Assembly (NCBI GenBank): GCA_030609325.1
Contig: JAUWCL010000012.1
Coordinates: forward strand, 8,261 to 72,260
Direction of reading: 5' to 3'
Source: Candidatus Krumholzibacteriota bacterium
Lineage (GTDB): Bacteria; Krumholzibacteriota; Krumholzibacteriia; Krumholzibacteriales; Krumholzibacteriaceae
Length of the DNA: 64,000 bases
The notes under the pieces were generated by a model, which had not been told where the DNA came from, ran no database searches, and was given only the letters and a program-made list of their open reading frames with translations. The position numbers and the translations under genes were made by a program. This document shows positions 50,908 through 60,510 of this stretch, one piece after another; the first letter of the stretch is position 1; each line of letters starts with the position of its first letter.

Positions 50908-52095
50908 ATGGATGTCAAAGCGATACAGGATGCCTTGAAGGACAAGGGAATAGACGGCTGGCTGCTGTACGACTTCCAGAACCGCGATCACCTCGCGTAC
51001 AGGATCCTCGATATGGATTTCGAGAAGATGACGTCGCGCCGGTGGTTCTACTTCATGCCGGTCGCCGGCGAGCCCGTGAGGCTCTGCCACCGCGTCGAGC
51101 CGGCCAGGCTCGATTCCCTGCCCGGCGAGAAGGTCTTTTACCATCGGTGGGAGGAGCTCCACGCCAGGCTCAGGGAGATACTCGGCGAGCCGAAGACGAT
51201 CGCGATGCAGTACTCCCCGCTCTGCAACATCCCCTACACGTCGATCGTCGACGGCGGGACGATCGAGCTTATCCGCTCCTTCGGCCACGAGGTCGTATCC
51301 TCGGCCGACCTCGTCCAGCTATTCGAGGCGATAATCGACGAGAAGGGATACCAGAGCCACCTCAAGGCGGGCGAGATAATCCAGCACATCAAGAACGAGG
51401 CATTCGCCGAGATCAGCAAGGCGCTGAACGAGGGCCGCAAGCTGACCGAGTACGACGTGGCGCAGTTCATCCTGCGGCGCTTCGAGGAGGACGGCATCGA
51501 TCCCGGTCACGACATGCCGATCGTCGGGATCAACGATCACCCGGCCAACCCGCACTTCGAGCCGACATACGAAGGGTCGTACGAGTTCAAGAAAGGCGAC
51601 ATGGTATTGATCGACCTCTGGGGCAAGCTCAAGGAGCCCGGCTCGATCTACTACGATATCACGTGGTGCGGCTATATCGGAGACGATCCGCCGGAGAAGT
51701 ACCGGGAGATCTTCCACGTCGTGCGCGATGCCCGCATCGAGGCGGTCAACTTCGTGCGCAAGTGCTTCAGTGAGGGGCGACCGGCGTACGGCTGGGAGGT
51801 CGACGACGCGTGCAGGAACGTGGTGAAAGAGGCCGGCTACGGCGACTACTTCATCCACCGCACCGGCCACTCGATCGGCGAGGAGGTCCACGGCAACGGC
51901 GTGAACATCGACAACCTCGAAACGAAGGACGAGCGCCAGCTCGTCCCCGGCATCTGCTTCTCGATAGAGCCGGGCATCTACCTCGAGGGCGAGATGGCCG
52001 CGCGAAGCGAGATCGACTGCTTCATCACCCTCGACGGCGAGGTCGTCGTCGCCGGCGAGGAGCAGATGGAGCTGATCAGGATACACGCCGACTGA
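50908..52095 (+). CDS. M24-family (Xaa-Pro) aminopeptidase
   Basis: 'PHF', 'DIT', 'HRTGHSIG..VH', 'SIEPGIY', 'RSE'. Confidence 0.9.
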   Translation: MDVKAIQDALKDKGIDGWLLYDFQNRDHLAYRILDMDFEKMTSRRWFYFMPVAGEPVRLCHRVEPARLDSLPGEKVFYHRWEELHARLREILGEPKTIAMQYSPLCNIPYTSIVDGGTIELIRSFGHEVVSSADLVQLFEAIIDEKGYQSHLKAGEIIQHIKNEAFAEISKALNEGRKLTEYDVAQFILRRFEEDGIDPGHDMPIVGINDHPANPHFEPTYEGSYEFKKGDMVLIDLWGKLKEPGSIYYDITWCGYIGDDPPEKYREIFHVVRDARIEAVNFVRKCFSEGRPAYGWEVDDACRNVVKEAGYGDYFIHRTGHSIGEEVHGNGVNIDNLETKDERQLVPGICFSIEPGIYLEGEMAARSEIDCFITLDGEVVVAGEEQMELIRIHAD

Positions 52096-52112
52096 CGGTC
52101 GTGGAGAGCTGC

Positions 52113-52802
52113 ATGTCGATAGCGGAAAACTATAAACGGGTGAAGGAGGCGGTTGCGGAGGCGGCCGTGAAGGCGGGCCGCGACCCGTCGGAGATCACCA
52201 TAGTCGCTGTCACCAAGACCCACCCCGCGGAGACGGTCGAGGAGGCGCTGGCCGCTGGCGTGACCGACGTCGGCGAAAACCGCGTCCAGGAATTCCTCTC
52301 GAAGGAACCCGGCGTGACATCTCCCTGCCGCTGGCACCTTATCGGCCACCTGCAGACGAACAAGGTCAACAAGGTCGTCGGGAAGTTCTCGATGATACAT
52401 TCGGTCGACTCGCTGAAGCTCGCAGAGAAACTAAGCAGTGCCGGCGAGCGCGATGGGGTCACGACCGACATCCTCCTCGAGATCAACACGAGCGGCGAGG
52501 AGTCGAAGTTCGGCCTCGAACCCGGCCAGGCGCCTGAACTCTGCGCGCAGATAGCCCCGCTCCCGGCGCTCAATCTCAGGGGCCTCATGACTGTCGGCCC
52601 GTGGGTCGACGATGCGGCGGTCCTCTCGAAGGCGTTTGGATCGCTCCGATACCTGGGCGAAAAAATTGTGGAAGCGGGTATAAACGGCATATCGATGGAG
52701 CACCTCTCGATGGGGATGACGGACGATTTCGAGATCGCCATTGCCGAGGGCTCGACGATCGTGAGGCTCGGGAGGGTCATATTCGGCGCCAGACGCGTGT
52801 GA
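52113..52802 (+). CDS. yggS: PLP homeostasis protein
   Basis: 'VAVTK', 'GENRVQE', 'IGHLQTNK', 'LSMGM', 'RLG..IFG'. Confidence 0.95.
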   Translation: MSIAENYKRVKEAVAEAAVKAGRDPSEITIVAVTKTHPAETVEEALAAGVTDVGENRVQEFLSKEPGVTSPCRWHLIGHLQTNKVNKVVGKFSMIHSVDSLKLAEKLSSAGERDGVTTDILLEINTSGEESKFGLEPGQAPELCAQIAPLPALNLRGLMTVGPWVDDAAVLSKAFGSLRYLGEKIVEAGINGISMEHLSMGMTDDFEIAIAEGSTIVRLGRVIFGARRV

Positions 52803-52905
52803 CAGAAAACCGGCCAGAACGTCAACAGGATGGCCGGGCGAGGTCCGGCCCCGTCGCTGACAGGCCGCTCCGCTGCGATAATAAGGCATTATAAAGAGGC
52901 ATGTT

Positions 52906-53166
52906 ATGGGATATTTCGTCACGGATACTGTTGGTCTGATACTTGCTTTCATTAACATGTTGACATTTCTGTCGCTGCTGTATCTGTTTCTGCAGCTCGT
53001 CGGAGTGCCGGACAGCAGGGTCTTCAAGGTACTCGATCGCATCTTCTCACCGGTCCTCGCGCCGGTCCGACGGCTGCTCGAGAGATGGAGATTCGACGCG
53101 TCGCCGCTCATTCTGGCGGCGGTCCTCCAGCTGATCGCGCTGGCAGTGAGGAAAAACTGGCTTTGA
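52906..53166 (+). CDS. yggT: YggT-family membrane protein
   Basis: 'PVLAPVRR', 'D.SP'; synteny with yggS. Confidence 0.8.
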   Translation: MGYFVTDTVGLILAFINMLTFLSLLYLFLQLVGVPDSRVFKVLDRIFSPVLAPVRRLLERWRFDASPLILAAVLQLIALAVRKNWL

Positions 53167-53279
53167 ATCGGCGGCGGCATGGTAAATATTCGGAAGTGAA
53201 TGAATGAGCCCGGGGAGGCAACGGACCGACGGGCGGGAACACGAGATCCGGCCCCGGTCCGGCAAGAGGAGGCAGACAA

Positions 53280-54752
53280 ATGAGGATCACACCTCTCGAT
53301 ATCCGGAAGCAGGAATTCCGCAAGACCATGCGCGGACTCGACTCCGACGAGGTCTACGCGTTTCTCGGCACCGTCGCCGACGAGTACGAGGCGGTGCTCT
53401 CGGATAACAAGAGACTGAGGGAGCATATCGTCCAGCTCGAAGAGCGCCTCAAGGAGTTCAAGAGAATGGAGACCAACCTTCGCAACACCCTGATGACGGC
53501 CGAGAAGATCACGGGCGAGGCGAAGGAGAACGCCCGCAGGGAGGCGGATCTCATCGTCCGCGGCGCTGAGGTCGAGGCGACCCGGTCGGCCGAGGCGATC
53601 CATGCTCATACCAGGCAGCTCCGCAGGGAGATCCTCGAGCTCAAGAAGCACAAGGACAACTACATCACCAGGCTGAGAACTCTCCTGGATAGCCACAGAA
53701 ACGTTGTCGACGGCTTCGAGGAGGACTTCGCCGAGGTAGACCGCGAGATAGAGGCGATCGGCAGGAAGGTGGAGAAAGACGTCAAGACGCCTCCTCACGC
53801 TTCCCGCATGAGCAGAGAGAGAATAGAGGAAGATTTCGCGCACGAGGCGCCCGAAGACAAGGTCACCTGGGGGGATGACCAGCCGAGAGAGGACGTCGAG
53901 AGGCCGATGGTGCCGAGGCCCGGCAAGTGGGAGCAGCAGACTCCCGGTAAGCGGGGAGCGGCTCCCGAGGATGTCCAGTCGGGTCCCGGGGAGAAGGCGG
54001 GGCAGGAGGAAGAGACGGCCTCTTCTCCCAAGCCCGATTTCGGACCGATCGGAGTGTTTTCGAACCAGGATGTAATGGCGGCGGCGAAAGCAGCCGCAGG
54101 TGAGCCCGACGGAGAGTATCACGACGACCGTGAGGATATGACCGAGAATGAGCTCGATGGCGAAGCTCTCGCCAGGGACGTCGTCGCTCACAGCATCGAG
54201 GAGCGGATGTATCCCGATTCTCATCTCAACAGCGACGGTTCTTCGGCCGGCGGATCGACCGGACAGGACACACCTAAAGCGGCCGCGCCTGCCGCGCAGC
54301 AGCAGGCGGCCGAGGAGACAGCCTCACCGGCGGCGGCAGACGACTGGAAATCATACGAGGTAAAGGAATCGAAGCAGGACTGGAGCAGCTACGAGGTCCC
54401 GCACCGGGAGGCCCCGGCGGCCCGGCAGCCCGCCCAGCCCGCGCCGCAGAATGCGGCCCAGCCCGCCGCGAACGAGGCTCCTACCGATCACGAGGTGGAG
54501 GAAGCCCTCTCCGGTCTGACCGAGATGGTGTCCGAAAAGCCCTCGCCCGGGGCGAAGAAGCCCGCGCCAGCCGCGCAGCAGCCCGCTCAGCCGGCGGCGC
54601 CGAAAGCGGAGGCTCCTCCGGCACAGGCCGTCCCGGCCCGTCCCGGGGCCGACAGCGCCGATGAGATCACCGAAAAGACCTCAGACGAGGATCGGAATTG
54701 GTCGATGGAAGAGCTGAGGAAGAACCTTACGAACATGGACAGGGACAGCTGA
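53280..54752 (+). CDS. divIVA: DivIVA-domain protein with long low-complexity C-terminus
   Basis: 'ITPLDIRKQEF..MRG...EV..FL' followed by a coiled coil. Confidence 0.85.
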   Translation: MRITPLDIRKQEFRKTMRGLDSDEVYAFLGTVADEYEAVLSDNKRLREHIVQLEERLKEFKRMETNLRNTLMTAEKITGEAKENARREADLIVRGAEVEATRSAEAIHAHTRQLRREILELKKHKDNYITRLRTLLDSHRNVVDGFEEDFAEVDREIEAIGRKVEKDVKTPPHASRMSRERIEEDFAHEAPEDKVTWGDDQPREDVERPMVPRPGKWEQQTPGKRGAAPEDVQSGPGEKAGQEEETASSPKPDFGPIGVFSNQDVMAAAKAAAGEPDGEYHDDREDMTENELDGEALARDVVAHSIEERMYPDSHLNSDGSSAGGSTGQDTPKAAAPAAQQQAAEETASPAAADDWKSYEVKESKQDWSSYEVPHREAPAARQPAQPAPQNAAQPAANEAPTDHEVEEALSGLTEMVSEKPSPGAKKPAPAAQQPAQPAAPKAEAPPAQAVPARPGADSADEITEKTSDEDRNWSMEELRKNLTNMDRDS

Positions 54753-54758
54753 CCCTGA

Positions 54759-55052
54759 ATGAGACAGATAGAGTTGAAGCAGGACGGGAGGGTTGGATTC
54801 CGGATACGGATCCAGCCCTCTTCGCGTAAGGATGAGATCGTCGGATGGAACGAGGCGGGGGAGATGCGTATAAGGCTCGCCGCCCCGCCGGTCGAGGGAG
54901 CGGCGAACAGACGGATTCCCGTGTTTCTCGCGAAGGAGCTCGGCCTGAAAAAACGCGATATTGTCATCGAGGCGGGCGAGAGGTCGAGAAGCAAGCTCCT
55001 CTCCGCCCCGGCTTCCGCCAGGGCGAGGCTTGAAGAGCTGCCCGACGTCTGA
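54759..55052 (+). CDS. DUF167 (YggU) protein
   Basis: 'APPVEGAAN', 'GE.SR.K'. Confidence 0.85.
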   Translation: MRQIELKQDGRVGFRIRIQPSSRKDEIVGWNEAGEMRIRLAAPPVEGAANRRIPVFLAKELGLKKRDIVIEAGERSRSKLLSAPASARARLEELPDV

Positions 55053-55189
55053 CGCATCCGCTCCCCGGTCCCGGCTTTCCCGACCGTAATTATCACCTGC
55101 GTAAACTCATAAACTTGTTGCGGCTGGCCGCTGTTGCCTGTATAAGATTTCTGACCCGGGGACGGGGGATATCGACGAAAGGAGAGGTG

Positions 55190-56014
55190 GTGACGGAACT
55201 CTACGGCCGGATCAGGGAGAGCGCGAGGTATATAAAGAGACTCGCCGATATCAGGCCTTCGTTCGGCATCGTGCTGGGCAGCGGCCTGGGCGGACTGGCG
55301 AAGAGGATAAGGGTAGAGACGGCAATACCTTACGGAGATATTCCAGGCTTTTCCGTATCGACGGTCAGCGGGCTTCACGCGGGCAACCTGATCCTCGGCG
55401 AGCTGTCCGGCCGACGGGTCGTCGCGATGGAGGGAAGGGTCCACTACTACGAGGGTTACACGATGAAGCAGGTGACCTTCCCCGTCCGCGTGATGAAGGC
55501 GCTCGGCGCAAGGTCGCTGATCCTCACCTCGGCCGTCGGGGCGATGAACCCGATGCTTCCCAAGGGCTCGATCGTCGCGGTCACCGATCACATCAACCTG
55601 ATGGGCGACAATCCCCTGATCGGCCCGAACGACGAGAGGCTCGGTCCCCGCTTTCCAGACATGAGCGAGCCTTACAACCGCAGGTATATATCATTGCTTG
55701 AGAAAGCCGCGCTCGACCTGAAGATACCACTTAAGAAGGGTGTCCTGGCCGCACTGGCCGGTCCCTGTCTCGAGACGGCCGCCGAGTACCGCTTCCTGAG
55801 GCGGATGGGGGCCGATATTGTCGGTATGTCGATGGTCCCCGAGAACATCGCGGCCGTCCACGCTGGTATGAAAGTCATTGGAATATCGATTGTCACGGAT
55901 GAAGCGCTGCCCGACTGCCTGAAGCCGGTGAACATCCGCGAGATAATCGCCACTGCAAAGAAGGGCGAGAAGGTGCTCCAGGCCCTTGTCATGGAGTTCC
56001 TCAGAAGGGTCTGA
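55190..56014 (+). CDS. Purine-nucleoside phosphorylase (trimeric type)
   Basis: 'IVLGSGLG', 'GRVHYYEG', 'DHINL', 'GMS.VPE'. Confidence 0.92.
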   Translation: MTELYGRIRESARYIKRLADIRPSFGIVLGSGLGGLAKRIRVETAIPYGDIPGFSVSTVSGLHAGNLILGELSGRRVVAMEGRVHYYEGYTMKQVTFPVRVMKALGARSLILTSAVGAMNPMLPKGSIVAVTDHINLMGDNPLIGPNDERLGPRFPDMSEPYNRRYISLLEKAALDLKIPLKKGVLAALAGPCLETAAEYRFLRRMGADIVGMSMVPENIAAVHAGMKVIGISIVTDEALPDCLKPVNIREIIATAKKGEKVLQALVMEFLRRV

Positions 56015-56018
56015 TTCC

Positions 56019-56047
56019 TTGACATGACGGCGATTGTACATTATAAA
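56019..56047 (+). promoter_or_regulatory. sigma70 promoter of ileS
   Basis: TTGACA-17 nt-TATAAA. Confidence 0.6.
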
Positions 56048-56112
56048 ATATTGTTCTCGTTGAAGCTGGTTCGGCCCCGTCAATCCGGGAACGGAGATTT
56101 ATCGCCGGGAGC

Positions 56113-59100
56113 ATGCCGATGAATCCTGAACCCGACAGCGATACTATCCGGAGAACGGCAGATATGTCAGGTGGCAGAGAAGATTCCAGGAGATACGGCG
56201 CGCTCCCGCCCCAGCGCGAGGCGCTCGAAGCCGAGGCCGAGGTCCTCAGGCACTGGGACGAGTACGACATCTTCAGGCGCAGCATAGACGAGCGGTCCGA
56301 GGAGAATATTTTCGTCTTTTACGAGGGCCCGCCCACGGCGAACGGCCGCCCCGGCGTGCACCACGCGATGTCGAGGACGATCAAGGACCTCGTCTGCAGA
56401 TACAGGACGATGAAGGGGGAGCGCGTCGTGCGCAAGGCCGGGTGGGACACCCACGGGCTCCCTGTGGAGATAGAGGTCGAGAAGGCCCTCGGGCTGGACG
56501 GCAAGGATCAGATCGAGGAGTACGGCGTCGGCGAGTTCAACAAGCAGTGCTACAGGAGCGTATTCAAGTACCTCGACGAGTGGCACGACTTCACCCACAA
56601 GCTGGGATTCTGGCTCGACCTGGACGATCCGTACGTCACATGCAAAAACGAGTATATCGAATCGGTCTGGTGGATCCTCAAGCAGTTCTGGGATCAGGAC
56701 ATGCTCTACGAGGGCCACAAGATCATCCCCTACTGCGCGAGGTGCGGCACGTCGCTTTCGAGCCACGAAGTATCGCAGGGATACAAGGACGTCACCGATC
56801 CCTCGATCTTCATCAAGCTCAAGCTGACCGACGAGGACGCTTACTTCCTCGTCTGGACGACGACGCCGTGGACGCTGATCTCCAACGTCGCGCTGGCCGT
56901 CGGCCCCGAGCACGACTATGTGCGTGTCGGCCACAGGGGCGAAACGCTTATCCTCGCCGGGGAGCTCCTCGGTGTGCTCGACGGCGAATACGAGGTGCTC
57001 GGGAAGGTCAAGGGCCGCGAGCTGGTCGGCAAGACGTACGAGCCCTGCTTCCCCTGGTTCAAGGACGAGGAGGGCGGGTTCCGCGTCATCTCGGCCGGAT
57101 TCGTCACCCTGACCGACGGAACGGGCATCGTCCACATAGCGCCCGCCTTCGGAGAGGACGACTACATCGCCGGCATGGAACAGGGCCTGCCCTTCGTCCA
57201 GCCGGTCGACACCGAAGGAAAATTCACTCCCGAAGTCACGAAATGGGCCGGCAGGTTCATCAAGGACGCCGACCCCGAGATCATAGAAGACCTGCGCGAG
57301 CGCGGCATCCTCTACCACGCTGCAAAGTACGAGCACTCCTACCCGTTCTGCTGGCGCTGCGACTCGCCGCTCATCTACTACGCGAGGCGCTCGTGGTACA
57401 TCCGAACGACCGCCTTCAAGGACATGCTTATAGAAGCCAACAGCAAGGTCCACTGGTACCCGCCCGAAGTGGGCGAGAACAGGTTCGCTCGCTGGCTCGA
57501 GGGGAACGTCGACTGGGCGCTCAGCCGCGAGCGCTACTGGGGGACCCCGCTCAACATCTGGACGTGCGATTCGTGCGAGGAGAAGTACTGCATCGGCGAC
57601 CTTACCGAACTCAAGTCGATCAGCGAGCAGTTCCCCGAGGAATACGACCTGCACAAGCCGTTCATCGACAACCTCGACGTCGGCTGCCCCGAGTGCGGCG
57701 GCAAGATGACGAGAGTACCCGAGGTGATCGACTGCTGGTTCGACTCGGGCGCGATGCCGTTCGCACAGCACCACTACCCGATGGAGAACATGGACATTTT
57801 CAAGCAGCAGTACCCCGCCGAGTTCATCAGCGAGGGCGTCGACCAGTCGAGGGGCTGGTTCTACTCGCTGCTCGTCATCGGGGCGTTCCTGACCAAGCAG
57901 AGCCCGTACAAGAGGTGCCTGCCCCACGGGATGATTCTCGACCGCGAGGGCCGGAAGATGAGCAAGAGCAAGGGGAACGCCGTCTTCGCGAGCGACGTGC
58001 TCAAGAGCGACGGCGCCGACTCGCTGCGCTGGTATCTGATGATCAGCGGCGCGCCCTATCTGCCGAAGAGGTTCGATCTCGAGGCGATGCGCGACAACGC
58101 CAACAAGTTTCTCGGAACGCTGAGAAATCTCTACAGCTTCTTCGCGATGTACGCCGAGATCGACGGTTTCGAGCCGACCGGCAGGGTTATGAGCGACAAC
58201 CTGATCGACCGCTGGATCCTGTCGAGATATAACTCGACTGTGCACGACGTCACCGCCGCGCTCGACGAGTACGAGATTACCAGGGCCGCCCGGGCGATTC
58301 AGACATTCGTGATCGACGAGTTGAGCAACTGGTACCTGAGGCGCTGCCGCCGCAGGTTCTGGAAGAACGAGATGTCGGGCGACAAGCTCGCCGCCTATGA
58401 GACCTTCTACACGGTCCTCGAGGGCGTCACGAGGCTGGCCGCTCCGTTCGTTCCCTTCCTCACCGAGGCTGTCTGGCAGAGGCTCAGGGGAGAGGCCGGG
58501 AAATCGGGCAGCGTCCATCTCGAGCTCTTCCCCGCATCGGACAGGGCGATGATCGACGAGGAACTGGAGAAGAACATGGCCGGCGTGCTCAAGGTCGTGA
58601 CCACCGGCCGGGCCGTCCGCAACAATGCGGCGATCAAGATCAGGACACCGCTCGCGAGGATGCTGGTGCACGGCAAGTATCACGATGTGACCGAATGGAC
58701 GAAGGACGGGGAGCTTGCCGGGCTGGTCCTCGACGAGCTGAACGTCAAGGTGATCGAGACGATCGATGATACGGGCGAGCTGATCAGGATGAGCGTTAAG
58801 CCGGAGTATTCCGTTCTTGGAAAGAGGTTCGGGAAGAACATGAAGGCTGCCGCCGCCGTCCTGGAGGGTCTCGGGGTCGAAAGCGTCGTCGAACTGGTGG
58901 AAAAGGGACAGATCACCGTCGAGATCGAAGGGAAGAAGGAGAGCATCTCCCTCGAAGAGGTGAAGGTCGAGAGCGAGACGGCGGAAGGGTTCGAGTCGGA
59001 GAGCGAGGGCGACCTCACTGTCATCCTTGATACGAAGCTCACAGACGAGCTTCGCAGGGAAGGATCGGCGAGGGATCTCGTCAACAGGATCCAGAATTTC

Positions 59101-59310
59101 AGGAAAGAGTCCGGGTTCGAGGTCAGCGACAGGATAGAGCTGGCGTGGAGAGCAACGGATGAGATAAGACAGGTATTCGAGGAATACCACGACCATATAT
59201 GCAGCGAAACTCTCGTCGAGGACCTCCACGAAGGTGAGCAGGACTGGGAGAACTCCACGTCCTTCGAGCTCGACGGTTTCCAGATAGATCTGTGGGTCAA
59301 GCTGGCTTGA
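56113..59310 (+). CDS. ileS: Isoleucyl-tRNA synthetase (type 2)
   Basis: 'EGPPTANG.PGVHH', 'WTTTPWTL', KMSKS, type-2 C-terminal 'IQNFRK..GFEV.DRI'. Confidence 0.97.
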   Translation: MPMNPEPDSDTIRRTADMSGGREDSRRYGALPPQREALEAEAEVLRHWDEYDIFRRSIDERSEENIFVFYEGPPTANGRPGVHHAMSRTIKDLVCRYRTMKGERVVRKAGWDTHGLPVEIEVEKALGLDGKDQIEEYGVGEFNKQCYRSVFKYLDEWHDFTHKLGFWLDLDDPYVTCKNEYIESVWWILKQFWDQDMLYEGHKIIPYCARCGTSLSSHEVSQGYKDVTDPSIFIKLKLTDEDAYFLVWTTTPWTLISNVALAVGPEHDYVRVGHRGETLILAGELLGVLDGEYEVLGKVKGRELVGKTYEPCFPWFKDEEGGFRVISAGFVTLTDGTGIVHIAPAFGEDDYIAGMEQGLPFVQPVDTEGKFTPEVTKWAGRFIKDADPEIIEDLRERGILYHAAKYEHSYPFCWRCDSPLIYYARRSWYIRTTAFKDMLIEANSKVHWYPPEVGENRFARWLEGNVDWALSRERYWGTPLNIWTCDSCEEKYCIGDLTELKSISEQFPEEYDLHKPFIDNLDVGCPECGGKMTRVPEVIDCWFDSGAMPFAQHHYPMENMDIFKQQYPAEFISEGVDQSRGWFYSLLVIGAFLTKQSPYKRCLPHGMILDREGRKMSKSKGNAVFASDVLKSDGADSLRWYLMISGAPYLPKRFDLEAMRDNANKFLGTLRNLYSFFAMYAEIDGFEPTGRVMSDNLIDRWILSRYNSTVHDVTAALDEYEITRAARAIQTFVIDELSNWYLRRCRRRFWKNEMSGDKLAAYETFYTVLEGVTRLAAPFVPFLTEAVWQRLRGEAGKSGSVHLELFPASDRAMIDEELEKNMAGVLKVVTTGRAVRNNAAIKIRTPLARMLVHGKYHDVTEWTKDGELAGLVLDELNVKVIETIDDTGELIRMSVKPEYSVLGKRFGKNMKAAAAVLEGLGVESVVELVEKGQITVEIEGKKESISLEEVKVESETAEGFESESEGDLTVILDTKLTDELRREGSARDLVNRIQNFRKESGFEVSDRIELAWRATDEIRQVFEEYHDHICSETLVEDLHEGEQDWENSTSFELDGFQIDLWVKLA

Positions 59311-59337
59311 TAGCTGTTTAACAGGAGTGTAGTCGAG

Positions 59338-59928
59338 ATGCCGGCAAAAAAGACAAAGATCAAGGTGAAGACCAGGGCGAAGGCGAAAGCGAAGGCCAGG
59401 TCCGCTGTTAAGAAAAAGCCGAAGGCCAGAGCGAAGGCGAGACCGAAGGCCAAAGCGAAGGCGAGGCCGAAGGCCAAAGCGAAGGCCAGACCCGTGAAGA
59501 AAGCCGCTCCGAAGCCGCCAGCCTCTCCCAGGATCAAGGGCAAGAAGCTCACCAAAAAGGAACTCGAGGCCGCGCGCACGAGGATACTGGCCGAGCGTGA
59601 GCGCATAATCATGGAGCTCAGAAGGATCGAGGAGGCGATAAACGACGCCACCAAGGACAAGGAAGGCTCCAACCAGTCGTACTCGAACCACCTCGCCGAC
59701 ATCGGCACCGACGACATGGAGCAGGAGAAGAACTTTTACTACGCGAGCCAGGAGGGCCACTACCTCAAGGCCCTCGACGAGGCGCTCGAGAGGATCGAGC
59801 GCGGAACCTATGGCATCTGCGAGAGCTGCACGCTCCGGATCGGGAACAAAAGGCTAGAGGCCGTTCCGTCCGCGAGACGGTGCATCAAGTGCAAAAGCGA
59901 GTTGGAGAAAAACACCAGGGGACGCTGA
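59338..59928 (+). CDS. DksA/TraR Zn-finger protein with K/A-rich N-terminal tail
   Basis: 'HLADIGTD', 'ALERI..GTYGICESC...RL...P....CIKC'. Confidence 0.88.
   Translation: MPAKKTKIKVKTRAKAKAKARSAVKKKPKARAKARPKAKAKARPKAKAKARPVKKAAPKPPASPRIKGKKLTKKELEAARTRILAERERIIMELRRIEEAINDATKDKEGSNQSYSNHLADIGTDDMEQEKNFYYASQEGHYLKALDEALERIERGTYGICESCTLRIGNKRLEAVPSARRCIKCKSELEKNTRGR
59419..59490 (+). repeat. Three 24-bp tandem repeats encoding PKA(R/K)AKAR
   Basis: CCGAAGGCCARAGCGAAGGCSAGR x3. Confidence 0.8.
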
Positions 59929-59930
59929 GC

Positions 59931-60425
59931 GTGCTCTACTTTACCGTCGCCGCACTCGTCGTTATTCTGGACCAGGCCTCGAAGAGGCTGGTCTGGGCCG
60001 CATTCCAGGACACCGGGGGCACCGATCTCATCGACGGGGTCCTCCGCATTCGCCTCAGCACCAACACAGGCGCAGTCATGGGGATCCTCTCCGGATCCCG
60101 GTCGATCCTGATATCGGTCACGATCATATCGATCATAGCGCTCATCTATTTTGCGTACCGCATGCGGTATGCCCCCATGCTCAAGCGTGTCTGCCTCGGC
60201 CTTGTTCTGGGCGGAGCCTTCGGGAACCTCATCGACCGCATCGCCACGGGAAAGGTCGTCGATTTCATCGACATGGGGATCGGCTCGCTCCGCTGGCCGA
60301 CCTATAACGTCGCCGACATAGCGGTTACGGTCGGCGCCGTCTTCCTCATCGTCGGATTCGCGTTCCGGAAGGAACCGGTCCCTGAGGGACCGCCCGACGA
60401 TACGCCGGTAGACCCGGCTCCCTGA
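59931..60425 (+). CDS. lspA: Lipoprotein signal peptidase II
   Basis: 'DQASK', 'NTGA', 'GGAFGNLIDR', 'VVDF', 'NVAD'. Confidence 0.93.
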   Translation: MLYFTVAALVVILDQASKRLVWAAFQDTGGTDLIDGVLRIRLSTNTGAVMGILSGSRSILISVTIISIIALIYFAYRMRYAPMLKRVCLGLVLGGAFGNLIDRIATGKVVDFIDMGIGSLRWPTYNVADIAVTVGAVFLIVGFAFRKEPVPEGPPDDTPVDPAP

Positions 60426-60510
60426 GCGTGCCGGCTGTATATCTGATTCCCCTGCCGGAATCGTTGTACTATACTGCTGCACCTGTAGCGTCATCATCTC
60501 ATTCAAATGC

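Noticed and set aside
56014-56113. T-box leader for ileS
   Set aside because: Region too short and no T-box consensus
56167-59760. 1197-aa antisense ORF, and similar long shadow ORFs at 15076-17946 and 21546-23504
   Set aside because: They mirror well-supported genes on the opposite strand, which is expected with high GC3; no motifs
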